A program made the translations under genes and the position numbers. A DNA stretch of 64,000 nt from Anolis carolinensis. Its lineage: Eukaryota. Below are positions 50,101-60,678 of this stretch, one piece after another. Numbering within the stretch: the first letter of the stretch is position 1; every line of letters begins with the position of its first letter. The stretch spans positions 108,105,971 through 108,169,970 of the forward strand of contig NC_085843.1 of the NCBI RefSeq assembly GCF_035594765.1, given 5' to 3'. A model generated the notes under the pieces. It was not told the DNA's origin. It was given only the letters and a program-made list of their open reading frames with translations, and made no database searches.

Positions 50101-53100
50101 AATCAAAATCCAATGGTATAAAATTTCCAACCATTATGCTCACATTTTGGCCAATGCTTGATTCCTTACTAACAGTTTTATCATAATGTTCAGATGTATA
50201 CATTAATTTAAAATATTCAACAGATCTTGAAAGTTTAAAAAATTGCCCAAAACATACCAAAAAAACCCCCCTAGCAAATTCAAGTATAGAAATGCCTGGA
50301 GTTTGTAATCATACATGAAAAGAATGAAAGGTACCTTTCCTCCTCTTTTTGCCTTTCCTCTGCTTCTTTTTCTTTACGTTTTTGCTCTTCTCTTTGTTTT
50401 TCAAGCTCTTGAAGCTTTTGCCTTTCAAGCTGACGTTTCCTAATTGAAGCATCGCTCAGATGCTTTGTTGAATCAAATGAAACCTTTTAAAGACAAAAGA
50501 AAAAAATTCTGCTAATATGTTAAACTATGATTTTATTAAATGTATTGGTTTTGTGTGTCTTTTGTTTCCAACACCTGTAAGCTGAATGTATCATGGGGCT
50601 TTCTTGGCAAGATTTGTTCAGAGAGGATTTGCCTTAGCCTTCATCTGAGACTGAAAGATTATGAACTGGGTATCCATGGTTGAACATGGATTCGAACCCT
50701 GGACATGGTGTGGCTCCTGTCCAACACTCAAATCACTATACCACCCTGGATCTATCCATTAAATCAACTCATGAATTAGATGGTTGAAGATTAAAAACCT
50801 GAGAATTGTTGGGACACCTATGTTGCTTTCAACAGCTAGCTTTTTCATCATCTTTCTCACAGCAAGAATGTCCCCCTGGGCAGCTAAACCTGGCAATTCT
50901 AACTGGATGGCCCCCATGAGGGTCCTCCTCCAAGGGCAAACCAAGAATGGGCAACTTGGAAGTCCCTGAACAGACTCAGGAGTAGAGTGGGCAGATCTAA
51001 AGACAACTTGGCAAGGTGGCACTACCTGGAGGAATCCTCCACCTTGTGTGACGTTGGAGCAGAACAAACAACTCCACATATGTATGCTTGCCCACAATGT
51101 CCTGCCTCATGTACGGAGGAGTTGTTGTTTAAAGCTACGGACAATGCGGTTGCTGTTGCCCGCTTTTGGTCTAAAACTATTTAGTTGCTTGTGATTTCCT
51201 TTATTTCATCATTTGAAAATGTATTTTATTGTGCAATGCTTTTGGCACGAAATAAATAAATCTTCTTTCTCTCCCATGCAAGTGCCTGGCCCCACGGAAG
51301 GATTTTATGAATTTTTCAAAGGTTCTAAGTGTTATATTATACAGTAGGACTCCCTTATCCATGGATCCAATAAGTATGGTTCCTCTTTCTTACATTACAA
51401 AAAATTTCCCCTTGTAAATGTTTGTTCCCCCCGCCCCCCAACTAGGTTTTAGGCAATTCTATTATATCCTTTTGACTCAAATCAACATACAAGGTTTACT
51501 ATTATCTGTGGTTTCAGGATGCCACATGTGTGCATTTCTGTAATACATCTCTCATTTTATTATCAAAAATATTTCAGAATTTCTCCATCTACACATTTGT
51601 TTACATTTCAAAACATCTTCTCAAGATTGATTGCAAAACAGAATCATGAACGTTATGTAACATATTAAATAAAGAAATCAACCAGAACATCAGCATGAAA
51701 ATATTAAAGTTGAAAGCAAAAATGTAAATGTCCCTATACATATAAAGACAACATACCCAGAAACCATAAAAAAGTAAAGTGAAACACACCAGTTTTTTTT
51801 CCACTACAGGAACCAGGATTACTTTCTTCAGATGAAAATTCCACATGGATGGGAACATGAGAAAAACACTGCCTGCTGTGCTCATGATCATAATATATCT
51901 CAGTGGTGGGCACATGAGCAGGAGCTCTATTGCACGTTGAAAGAAAATTCATAAATGTAAAAATAGCCTTCAAAACAGCCTGTCTACTACCTTAGGCACA
52001 CCTGCCTTTGAGCAAGCTCAACTGAATGCAGTTCACAGAGAATGAAGTGTCAATTAATGAGAAGCCAACAACTGAGATAAAATCCTCTTATTGAGTAGTT
52101 CTTATTGATAGTTGGCTCTCTTGCATCTCTTCAAAGGCCAACAGAAAATGGAACTAAAATCTCAAAAGACTGCAGAAAATGGAACATGCGTCTATAATAT
52201 ATTCTGAGATCCAGATAAGCATGGTGTTCTTTTCACATGACCAAAAGCTAAGGTAATTATATGGGCTCAGCTTCTTTTAATTCTTGTGAAAGCATTCATC
52301 TGATATATGTCAGAAGCAATCTTGACTTATCATGAATGAACAGTATGTTAATGATTCCTGATCACTTCCTCACAAGAAGAGTGGTTAAACAAATGAAAGA
52401 AGTGATTTCAAGTGCAGGAGGAAATGCCAGTGTATGTGTTCAAGGCTTACATGTAGAAAAGAATGAGCATGTTACAAATGTGGACTGCAATTCTATATCA
52501 TAGTTGGAATTAAAAACGGCTATGTGGCAGAGGTGTTACAGAACCTTCCTAGTGAATTGTGAAGATACATATCAGGGCACTGGCAAGAGTGTCCTAGCAT
52601 GCATTGGAGACTTCAAATACATTGGAGCTTACTAATTAATAACCCCCGCCTATTGTTCAAATGGATACTTAAGAGTGTCCAATGTGTACTGACGTCCATT
52701 AGCCACTTTGTTGGCTCCTCTATACAATAACATCATGCAGAATGAATACAAACACTGCAAAATTGTTCAATTCTGTTACCCAGAAATATTAAATCCGCTT
52801 AGTCACAAATCTCATACTGAATTCCTGTCATGATTTTTTCTTTAAAAGAAAAAAAAAAAACCCTTGTATCTATCTTTATAGACCAGGGGTCTCCAAATTA
52901 AGGCCAGAATGTGACCCTTCAAGGTCATTTACCTGGCTCCCACCCTAAACCTTAGATTTGGACTTTCTTCCCTGTCTGAAACAACTTGAAGGCACACAAC
53001 AACAATCCTAATTAATCTGACTATCTCATCAGCCAAAAGCAGGCCCAAATTTCCCATTACAATATTGTTATGTTTATGTTGGTTAAAATTGCTCTTCATT

Positions 53101-54990
53101 TTAAATATTGTACTGTTCTTTAATGTCTATTTGTACTAGAAATAAGATACGTTTAGTGTGCATAGGAATTTGTTCATGTTTTTTTTTTCAAACAATAGTC
53201 CAGCTCCCCAACTGTCTGAGGTACTATGAACAGGCCCTTGGCTTAGAAACTTTGAGAATCCCTGTTATAAACTGTACACTCTAAATCTCTACCCCCACCC
53301 ATACCCCATATGTGGAGGGGATACGTTCCAAGGCAACCAACATGGAAAGCTGAAACTGTGAACAACTGCCCAACTCTATATTTTCATTGTGCTAGAACCA
53401 GCAGTCTATTGCAGAACTACACTTAAAAGATCAACAGGCCCATAAACATGTATGTTTTTGAAGCGGAAGTGGACATAGAATCTGTTGATGAGCAGGTCAC
53501 ACTATAGTGTTTCATACAGTAATCTTTAAGAATGTAAGAAGTTACACTGATACAAAAACTACCAAGCAGAAGCCCACCTAGTTAAGTATTTTGTTCAGTA
53601 GCCTACAGAAGTCCACCAGAAGGCTTTCACTGCATCTGCACCTAACACTTCACATTGTCTAACAAATGATACTCAGATCTACTGGTACTGGAGATGATAC
53701 ATAACTCTTTTGATGAGTAGTCAGTGACAGCCTTATCCTCCATAAATATATACATCACATATACTCATGTATAAGTCTAGAAATTTTGGTCAAAAATCAA
53801 CCCAAAAAACTTGCCTCAACTTATACATGTTGACTTACACATGGGTATATACACAATATGTCCCTTTTAAAGCCACTCAATTAAGTATCCATCTTTACAT
53901 TTCGTGGTTGCTATGTAATTTAGCCTTCATAAGAGATTAAATTTACCTTCCTTTCTGTGTCCTGTTCAGTCTCATTGAACAACCATGAGTTCCACCATTA
54001 TGAAAAAATAAGAAAAGCTTTTGCAAACTTGGGAATCATTTGTGAAAACATAAAATAAAGCTGATACTGCTACTGTTTCTCGTCTCCCCAACTCACTGAA
54101 CCGTGAATTCAGTTTGTGAAAGCAGAGAACACTGCACAAGTCTAAAATTGCAACCAGTTGTTTCAAATATACAAAAAAAATCTAACATTCTCTAAAAATA
54201 TATACCAGGAAAAGCTCAGATACTTCACCTTTATGTTGCAAGCCACTGCTTTGCCATCTTCACCTTTGTACATTAGCTTCATCCCACGCAAAGCATTCAT
54301 AGCCTTGATAAAGCCTGCATATTCCTCATATTGAACATAAGCTTCAAAATTCAAATGGCCTCCAAAACTGAATGTATGGAAGTTTCTTCCAGTCATTTCT
54401 TCCCTGTATGGATCCAACATGGGAATGTCCACATTACGAATTTCCCCAAATTTGTTAAACACTTTAATAAGAACTTCTTCATTTGGTTTTTCTGATCCAG
54501 AGTCTTTCGGTGCAAACCATTTACAAGGCAAACCTTCCAAATGAATAGTGTCCGGTCTTTCCCCTGGCAGCGTTTCATTCATATCTTTTGCATCACGAAA
54601 AAAGGAATCCCAGTCATGTCGAGTAGGAAAATCAATTTTGTATTCTGCAGCACGAACTTTGAGAATGTCTGAAAAACCACTTAGCTTTATAGTTTTGCCA
54701 TCTAGACATGTAAGGAAGGATTTAACCAGACCCTTATTTTCCACTTCTCCTTCAAAGCGGATGAAATCCATGGTGCTTTTGGAAATCCGTAAAGTTGAGA
54801 ACTGATGTGTTTGCACCATTCCTTTCAGTCTTTCCATCACTTCCCAATTGGAAATGGACTTTCCTGGTTGCTTTAACTGTGGAAGGGCCACACTGATTGT
54901 CATTTTTGTAATGGGCTTGAGGAATAGCCCATATGGAGCACAGAGCTCTACAGCTTCGGAAGTATCATGAACTATTGTAGCAGCCGCCAT
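43270..54990 (-). CDS. AKAP17A: A-kinase anchor protein 17A (XE7/SFRS17A splicing regulator); join of coding exons 54229-54990, 50335-50483, 49460-49700, 43270-44154 = 2037 nt, 678 aa
   Basis: N-terminus MAAATIVHDTSEAVELC, RRM-like region PGERPDTIHLEGLPCKWF, charged coiled coil and C-terminus HQRSTWSR* are recognisable as AKAP17A. Exon lengths 762/149/241/885 with GT-AG boundaries join in frame. Confidence 0.96.
45291..46181 (+). mobile_element. solo LTR (Gypsy/BEL-like), 891 bp
   Basis: TGTGATGCCTAGGGCA...TGCCTAGGGCGTAACA termini, 5-bp TSD AGAGC (45286-45290, 46182-46186), AATAAA near 46115. Confidence 0.82.
46232..46554. mobile_element. Tc1/mariner-superfamily MITE, uninterrupted copy
   Basis: TA|CAGTAGAGTCTC...GAGACTCTACTG|TA; collinear with 33764-33966 + 35352-35471. 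Confidence 0.88.
46790..47025. mobile_element. DNA transposon end fragment (Chapaev3-like)
   Basis: GGAATCAGC/GCTGATTC inverted motifs and ...GTTGGCCTGTG terminus; family from recall only. Confidence 0.35.
48229..49421. mobile_element. 1.2-kb non-autonomous Tc1/mariner-type element, copy 2 (AKAP17A last intron)
   Basis: Same TIRs, TA TSD and internal TTGCAA/ATAT minisatellite as copy 1. Confidence 0.82.
49460..49700 (-). CDS. AKAP17A: AKAP17A third coding exon (241 nt) KQKELEELERE...RLIAELLSRAK
   Basis: Within ORF 49451..49822; ttcttctttag|A AAA ... GCA AAG|gtaact; includes amphipathic helix LQSIRLIAELLSRAK. Confidence 0.94.
50335..50483 (-). CDS. AKAP17A: AKAP17A second coding exon (149 nt) VSFDSTKHLSDASIRKRQLERQKLQELEKQREEQKRKEKEAEERQKEEER
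   Basis: Translated by hand (absent from ORF track); tcttttgtctttaaaag|GTT ... GAA AG|gtacct. Confidence 0.93.
50859..51260 (+). mobile_element. 5'-truncated Vingi copy (3' 400 bp)
   Basis: Closely similar to reverse complement of 4141-4520; flanking near-duplication TCATCTTTCTC/TCTTCTTTCTC. Confidence 0.82.
52884..53264 (+). mobile_element. hAT/Charlie-group (OC1-like) MITE
   Basis: CAGGGGTCTCCAAA...TTTGAGAATCCCTG; 8-bp TSD TTATAGAC/TTATAAAC. Confidence 0.75.
54229..54990 (-). CDS. AKAP17A: AKAP17A first coding exon (762 nt CDS; acceptor 2 nt upstream of ATG)
   Basis: ORF 54163..54990; minus strand ttttttgtag|CC ATG GCG; ends ...AAC ATA AAG|gtgaag. Confidence 0.95.
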
Positions 54991-56819
54991 GGCTACAAAA
55001 AATTATGATTCTAGCAAGAACAGGCTTAACTATTTTATAGGCTTATCTATTTTGTAGACATGGGTAGAAAACTGTTCCTCTGTTTGAATAAATTACCATT
55101 TTAACTATATCTCAAAAGCAGCTTTTAAAGACTGTAAGTTCTCTATCTTTTAGGGCCTGTTAAATGTTATCATTATATGTGAATCCATTAAATAGGATTC
55201 CCTTTCTTAATTGTGCTGTTCTTGTGTTCTCTAATTGAAGGCAATATGAATTATCTTTGCACAGCAACTGTAAAAGTATGCAAGGAGTACTAAGAGTGTT
55301 ATTTGCAAAAGGGAAACTCAAGATTTGGGGGAGGGGGGCAACAGTCTTCTGAGAGCACACTGCTTCAACACAATTATTTGAATTATCACAATCTTGCAAG
55401 AATTTCAACATTTGTAAAAGCCGGGAAAAATATTCTGTGGAGAATTGAAATAGATGAGTTAGTGTCTTGTTTATTAGATCAAAGAAAAAGATATTTCTCA
55501 ACATTATTGCCAGTAAACACAGTTACCCAAATTAACTGAAACGGTTTATGAAACAAACATCCTGACAAAACTTAGCATATTTAGTCACAATATGTTTCCT
55601 ACTGTTCTCACTGAAGTTCATGCTTAGGTGAAGACAAATGGGTGACAACTTTGGAATGGGAACAAAATTGACATTTATACCACGTTCGAAATATATTTGC
55701 ACTACAAACTCATTAAGTTTGTATTTTTTCCTCTTCCTGAGTATAATAGCATGCAGAATTACAAGCTCAGCAAAACAAACTTATAAATTATACAAGTATG
55801 TTAAAAAGAAATCCCATAAATATCATATTTAAAGCACTTTATATCTGATACAAATATAAAAACACATAATTTCATACATAAAAGACAGCCATAATGACAG
55901 CAAACATTCTACATAACAAAATTCTTTACTATAGATTTCACTTAAAAGTGAAAAATGTCAAACAAATGATAAAAACATCACAGCACTACTACTTCCCCAA
56001 GTTCCCAACACTGCATAATTTAATAGATGAAAATATGATGCTGATACTGATAATAGTAATAACGAATTCTTTATTATAGGTAACATTTATCCATAATTTG
56101 TTTGCTTCATTAAGACCAAAACAAAATGGTATGTCCTTTGACACCTATCTGAATAAAGTAAGTGCTTTTTAGAACCAAGACTTCAGAAAATGTGCTTCCG
56201 AGAACAAAAACTCTCAGAAGCACCCAGAAAGAAATTTGCAGTAGCTTTGATGCAAAGGAGTGAGGCCTCTTCTAAACTGCCATATAATCCAGATTATCAA
56301 ATTCAATAGTTCACATTATCTGCTTTGAACTGGATTATGAGTATACACTGCCATATAATTCAGTTCAAAGCAGATAATCTGGATTTTATACAGCAGTGTA
56401 GAAGGGGCCATGAAAATCCTTCTGTATGAGAGGATCTCAGTGGCCTCAGCCTTCAGGGCTTCTTTCCTCTGGGCAAAGGATATCCTGAACTCCCCTTTTG
56501 CCGGAAAGCAGCAATAGGGAGTCAAGTGCAAACTTTGATCCCACCTCAAAACAAAGACCTTGCAGGAGCTACTGTTGGGTTTTTAAGAAACAGAACTTCA
56601 AAAGCATCGACTACAATTACAAAAAAAGCTTTTAGGACCAAACCAAGGGATGTTGTGTTTTCAATATTTTAATAGATCTGTTTAATGGTTTTATTGCTTT
56701 TAACTATTAATATTTTTATGTTTAATTCTGTTTGTACTTTTGTTAGGTTTTAAATTATGTATTGTACTGCTTTTATTATTGTATGGGTCTCTATTTTAGA
56801 GAGCTAAAGCAGTCGACAT

Positions 56820-57010
56820 AATAATACAATGCCCCCTTGCTCTCGGTCCCATTCTCGTCTCAGGTGCGGTTGGTGAGTACGAGGGAGAGAGCCTTCTCGA
56901 CAGTGGCTCCTCGGCTCTGGAACTCCCTCCCTAAGGATATCAGATTGGCCTCCTTCCCTGCTTTCCTTCAGAAAAAAATAAACACTTTCCTCCAGGGGGA
57001 GGGGGAAGCT
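56820..57010 (+). mobile_element. L2 LINE fragment
   Basis: RERAFSTVAPRLWNSLPKDIRLA. Confidence 0.7.
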
Positions 57011-57112
57011 TTTGGGGAAAACAATGAGCAAGTGCATTAAATGATAAAAGATTTTGACATTATGGAGCTGGTTTTAATTATAGCTGGTTTGAATTATTGT
57101 TGTATTATGTAC

Positions 57113-57535
57113 TGGGGCTGCGGTGGCACAATGGGCTAAACAATTATGCTGCTGTTGCTGACCTGAACTTTGGCAGTTTGAATCCGTGGGACGGGGTGAG
57201 CTCTCGCTGTCAGCCCTAGCTCCTGCCAAGCTAGCATGCAAATGTGAGAAAATAGGTAACAAAAGATGCTCCAAGAAATCATGCCGGATACACAACCAAG
57301 AGCTAACAATGCAGGCTCCTCGGCTTGAAAATAGAGAACACCTCTCCAGAGCCAGAGATGAGCAACACCTCCAAAGCCAAAAATGAAAAGATAAGCCTTT
57401 GCCTTGTCTGTGCTGTGTCTCATTGTATGTAATTATAACTAAGGTATTGAATGTTTGCCTCTGATTTATATATACTGTAATCAGCTCTGAGTCCCTTCGA
57501 GGAGAAGGGTGGAATATAAATAAAGTGTATTATTA
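57113..57535 (+). mobile_element. tRNA-head SINE with L2-type tail
   Basis: GGTGGCACAATGGG A-box, GTTTGAATCC B-box, L2-type 3' stem-loop. Confidence 0.65.
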
Positions 57536-58118
57536 TTAATACTGCAGTTTTATATGATGTGTTAATTTTTTTGTATCTGTGATTTATATTTATTTTGAGT
57601 TTTTGTATAGTCTTAGATTCGTATGGCATTGAATTTCTGTGAAGTGTTAGATGCTCTAAGTCCCTTAATGAGGGAGTGAGGGCAGGGTATAAAAGTAAAT
57701 AAATAATTTGCTGGGATTTGATTCAGGAGACCCTGTGGATTGCAAAATCTATGGATGCTCAAGTCCCATGCTATACAATGGCAGTGTACAAAATGATAGA
57801 ATCCAGATTTGCTTTTTGGATTTATATATACATAACTTTGCACTTTGCTAGACCTGCTCTACCATTTTATACCATTTTTTCCTGAGTTGTGGTCTTTCTG
57901 TGTTATCACCCTGTTTTTAAATTGGTTTTACCTTTATTATATTGTGTTATTGTTTTTAATGTGTTTTACCTGGGTTAAGTTTGCTGTTTTATATGTATTT
58001 TATTTTGCTTATTATTTGTTTTGGGCTTGGCCCTGTGTAAGTCGCACTGAGTCCATGCGGGGAGATCGTGGCAGGATAGAAAAATAAAGTTGTTGTTGTG
58101 GTTATTATTATTATTATT

Positions 58119-58432
58119 TGGAGCCCACTATGGTACAGTGGGTTAAACTGCTGAGTTGCTGAATTTGCAGATTGAAAGGTTGGCAGTTCGAATCTGGGGA
58201 GCGGGATGAGTTCCTGATGTTCTGCCAACGTAGCAGTTCGAAAACATGCAAATGTGAGTAGATTAATAGGTACCGCTCAGGCAGAAAGGTAACAGTGCTC
58301 CATGCAGTCATGCTGGCCACATGCCCTAGAGGTGTCTATAGACAACACTGGCTCTTTGGCTTAGAAATGGAGATGAGCACCAATCCCCAGAGTTGGACAC
58401 AACTAGACTTAATGTCAAGGGGAAACATTTAA
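58119..58432 (+). mobile_element. Sauria-type SINE, full length
   Basis: A/B boxes (GTTCGAATC), AACATGCAAATGTGAGTAGA core, GTCAAGGGGAAA 3' end. Confidence 0.8.
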
Positions 58433-58468
<36 letters not shown>

Positions 58469-58879
58469 CATTCAAACCATGGATGGTTGAATCCGTGGAT
58501 ACAGAATTGGAGAATAGGGAGGACAGACTACAGCTGTAAAACGGGCGGGGGCCAAGTTAATTAGCCACAGATTGTTAACTAAAATAAAATACAAACGTAT
58601 CAGCGAGAGCAGGGATGACTTTACTGATAACAGCCCAGCTTTAAGCAGCCATGGGCATCGAGTGGGCCTCCCAAGACACAAAGATCCAGAAGATGGTCTA
58701 ATGACAAAGCGCCCAAATCCTGCCCATTTCTCCTACCTCCTCTTTATTCACAAACCCAACCGCAAAAGGCCAAGGAGACGCGCTCCCTCTCCCCTGAAAG
58801 AGGAGAAATGCAGAGGCAAACATAACTCCTTCTCGGCTGGAAGAGGAAGGCACAAGCACCCCCTCCCCGTTTTACACCA

Positions 58880-59290
58880 AGAGCCTCTCTCTCCACACAC
58901 GGACATACGCACCCCTCCCTTGGCCACACGGCCTCGTTAGGAACAGCGACCGAAGGGGGCCTTCGCGGCCATCCCGTGCCTCTCCTCCTCCTCCTCCTCC
59001 GCGCTCACTCCCTCTCTGGCTGCTGGCCTGGGCGCAAGGCGACGCCGGCCTTCCCACAAGGCCCAGCGCTACCAAAACAAAAAAACTTCCGCTTCCCTCG
59101 GAAACATAACCAGGAACTCCAGCAAGGGAAGTAGTGAGCAGAGGACCGGAAGAAGAAAGGCCGGGGAGTACATAGAGCTAGCAATTATAGAGCGGCAGAC
59201 TCTCTCTTGCGGAGATTAGACGTTCCCTGTTGTTAGGGTCCAGATTGGAGGCATGGCTTGGGGGCGCATACGCACTGAATACAAATTCAT
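58880..59290 (-). promoter_or_regulatory. AKAP17A CpG-island promoter and probable non-coding exon 1
   Basis: Local GC/CpG enrichment; tandem ETS/GABP cores ACTTCCGCTTCC (59085-59096), CCGGAAG (~59146-59152), NRF1-like GCGCATACGCA (59264-59274). Candidate donors GGG|gtgcgt (exon end 58913) or GGA|gtgagc (59009). The first coding exon begins at an acceptor, so an upstream exon is required. Confidence 0.7.
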
Positions 59291-59301
59291 ACGAAGACTG
59301 A

Positions 59302-60228
59302 GGGCCCTTCCACACAGCCCTATATCCCAGAATATCAAGGCAGAAAATTCCACAATATCGGCTTTGAACAGGGTTATCAGAGTCCACACTCAGATAATGT
59401 GGGATTTTCTGCTTTGATATTCTGAGTTATAGGGCTGTGTGGAAGGGCCCTGAGCCTCCTACACAGCTGAATAAAATTCCACATTTTCTGCTTTGACCTG
59501 CAAGATATGGCAGTGTGGACCCAGGGCCCTTCCACACAGCCATATAACCCAGAATATCAAGGCAGAAAATCCCACAATATCTACCTTGAACTGGGTTATC
59601 TGAGTCCACACTGCCATGTATTCCAGTTCAAAGTAGAAAATGTAGGATTTTATTCAGCTGTGTGAATGGTGCCAAGGGGCCCTTCCAGGCAGGCCCAATA
59701 TCCCAGGATCTAATCCCAGGTTTTCTGTTTATCCCAGATTATCTGGCAGTGGGTGTGCATATAATCCTGTTTAAAGCAGAAAACCTAGGATCACATCCTG
59801 GGATATAGGGCCTGTCTGGAAGTGCAAAGCAGATAACCCAGTGCAAAGCAGATCTTGTAGCATTTTCTTCCTTGATATTCTGGGTTGTATGGCTGTGTGG
59901 AAGATCCCCCAGGACTTTTCCACACAGCCATATAACCCAGAATATCAAGGCAAATAATCCACAATATCTGCTATCTGAACACACAGCCATATAATCCAGT
60001 TCAATTTGGATTTTACACAGCTATGTAGAAGGGGCCGCAGTCTTCACTGTTGGTTTTCCACCCAAATACTAAGCTGACTAAGGGCCCTTCCACACTGCCT
60101 TATATTCCAGGATCTGATCCCAGATTATCTGCTTTAAACTGGAATATATGAGTCCATTGCCAGATATTCTGGGATAAGAAGATATCCTAGGATCAGATCT
60201 GGGATACAGGAGCAGTGTGGAAGGGCCC
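59302..60228. mobile_element. cluster of tandem/nested PIF/Harbinger-type MITEs (about 6-7 whole or half elements)
   Basis: Repeated GGGCCCTTCCACACAGCC / GGCTGTGTGGAAGGGCCC termini; first unit 59302-59450 with TGA TSD. Dispersed relatives at ~13793-13935, 15383-15516, 56263-56410, 61011-61128, 62773-62900. Confidence 0.8.
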
Positions 60229-60354
60229 TTACTTAGCTTACAAGATCATAGGGGATCTGGTACCTATAACTACTGGTAAACTGATCAAGGCAGCTGGTAT
60301 GAAAATCCTTTGACAGAAACTATCCTGGAATAAGCAAAATGTACGCATCTCCAA

Positions 60355-60678
60355 GGGCTGCGGTGGCACAGCGGGTTAAACTGCTAAGCTGCAGAATTTG
60401 CTGACTGGAAGGTTGGTAGTTCAAATCTGCAGGACGGGGTAAGCTCCCGTTGTTAGCCCCAGCTTCTGCCAACCTAGCAATTTGAAAACATGCAAATGTG
60501 AGTAGATCAATAGGTACCGCTTTGGCAGGAAAGTAACTGCTCTCCATGCAGTCATGCTGGCCACATGACCTTGGAGGCGTCTACAATGCCAGCTCTTCAG
60601 CTTAGAAATGGAGATGAGCTCCATCCGCCAGAGTCGGACTCGGCTAGACATAATGTCAAGGGGAAACCTTTACTTTTA
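60355..60678 (+). mobile_element. Sauria-type SINE, full length, followed by a second related SINE (~60693-60945)
   Basis: Same core as 58119-58432; ACCTTTACTTT tail. Confidence 0.8.

Noticed and set aside
53947-54095. Possible 149-nt stop-starting exon in AKAP17A intron 2 (ggttcag|TGA ... AAG|gtaaat)
   Set aside because: Good donor but weak acceptor and no independent support; such pairs arise by chance. Needs junction reads.
54163-54228. ORF-track extension VKYLSFSWYIFLENVRFFLYI (and similar extensions of other exon ORFs)
   Set aside because: Intronic read-through beyond the GT donor.
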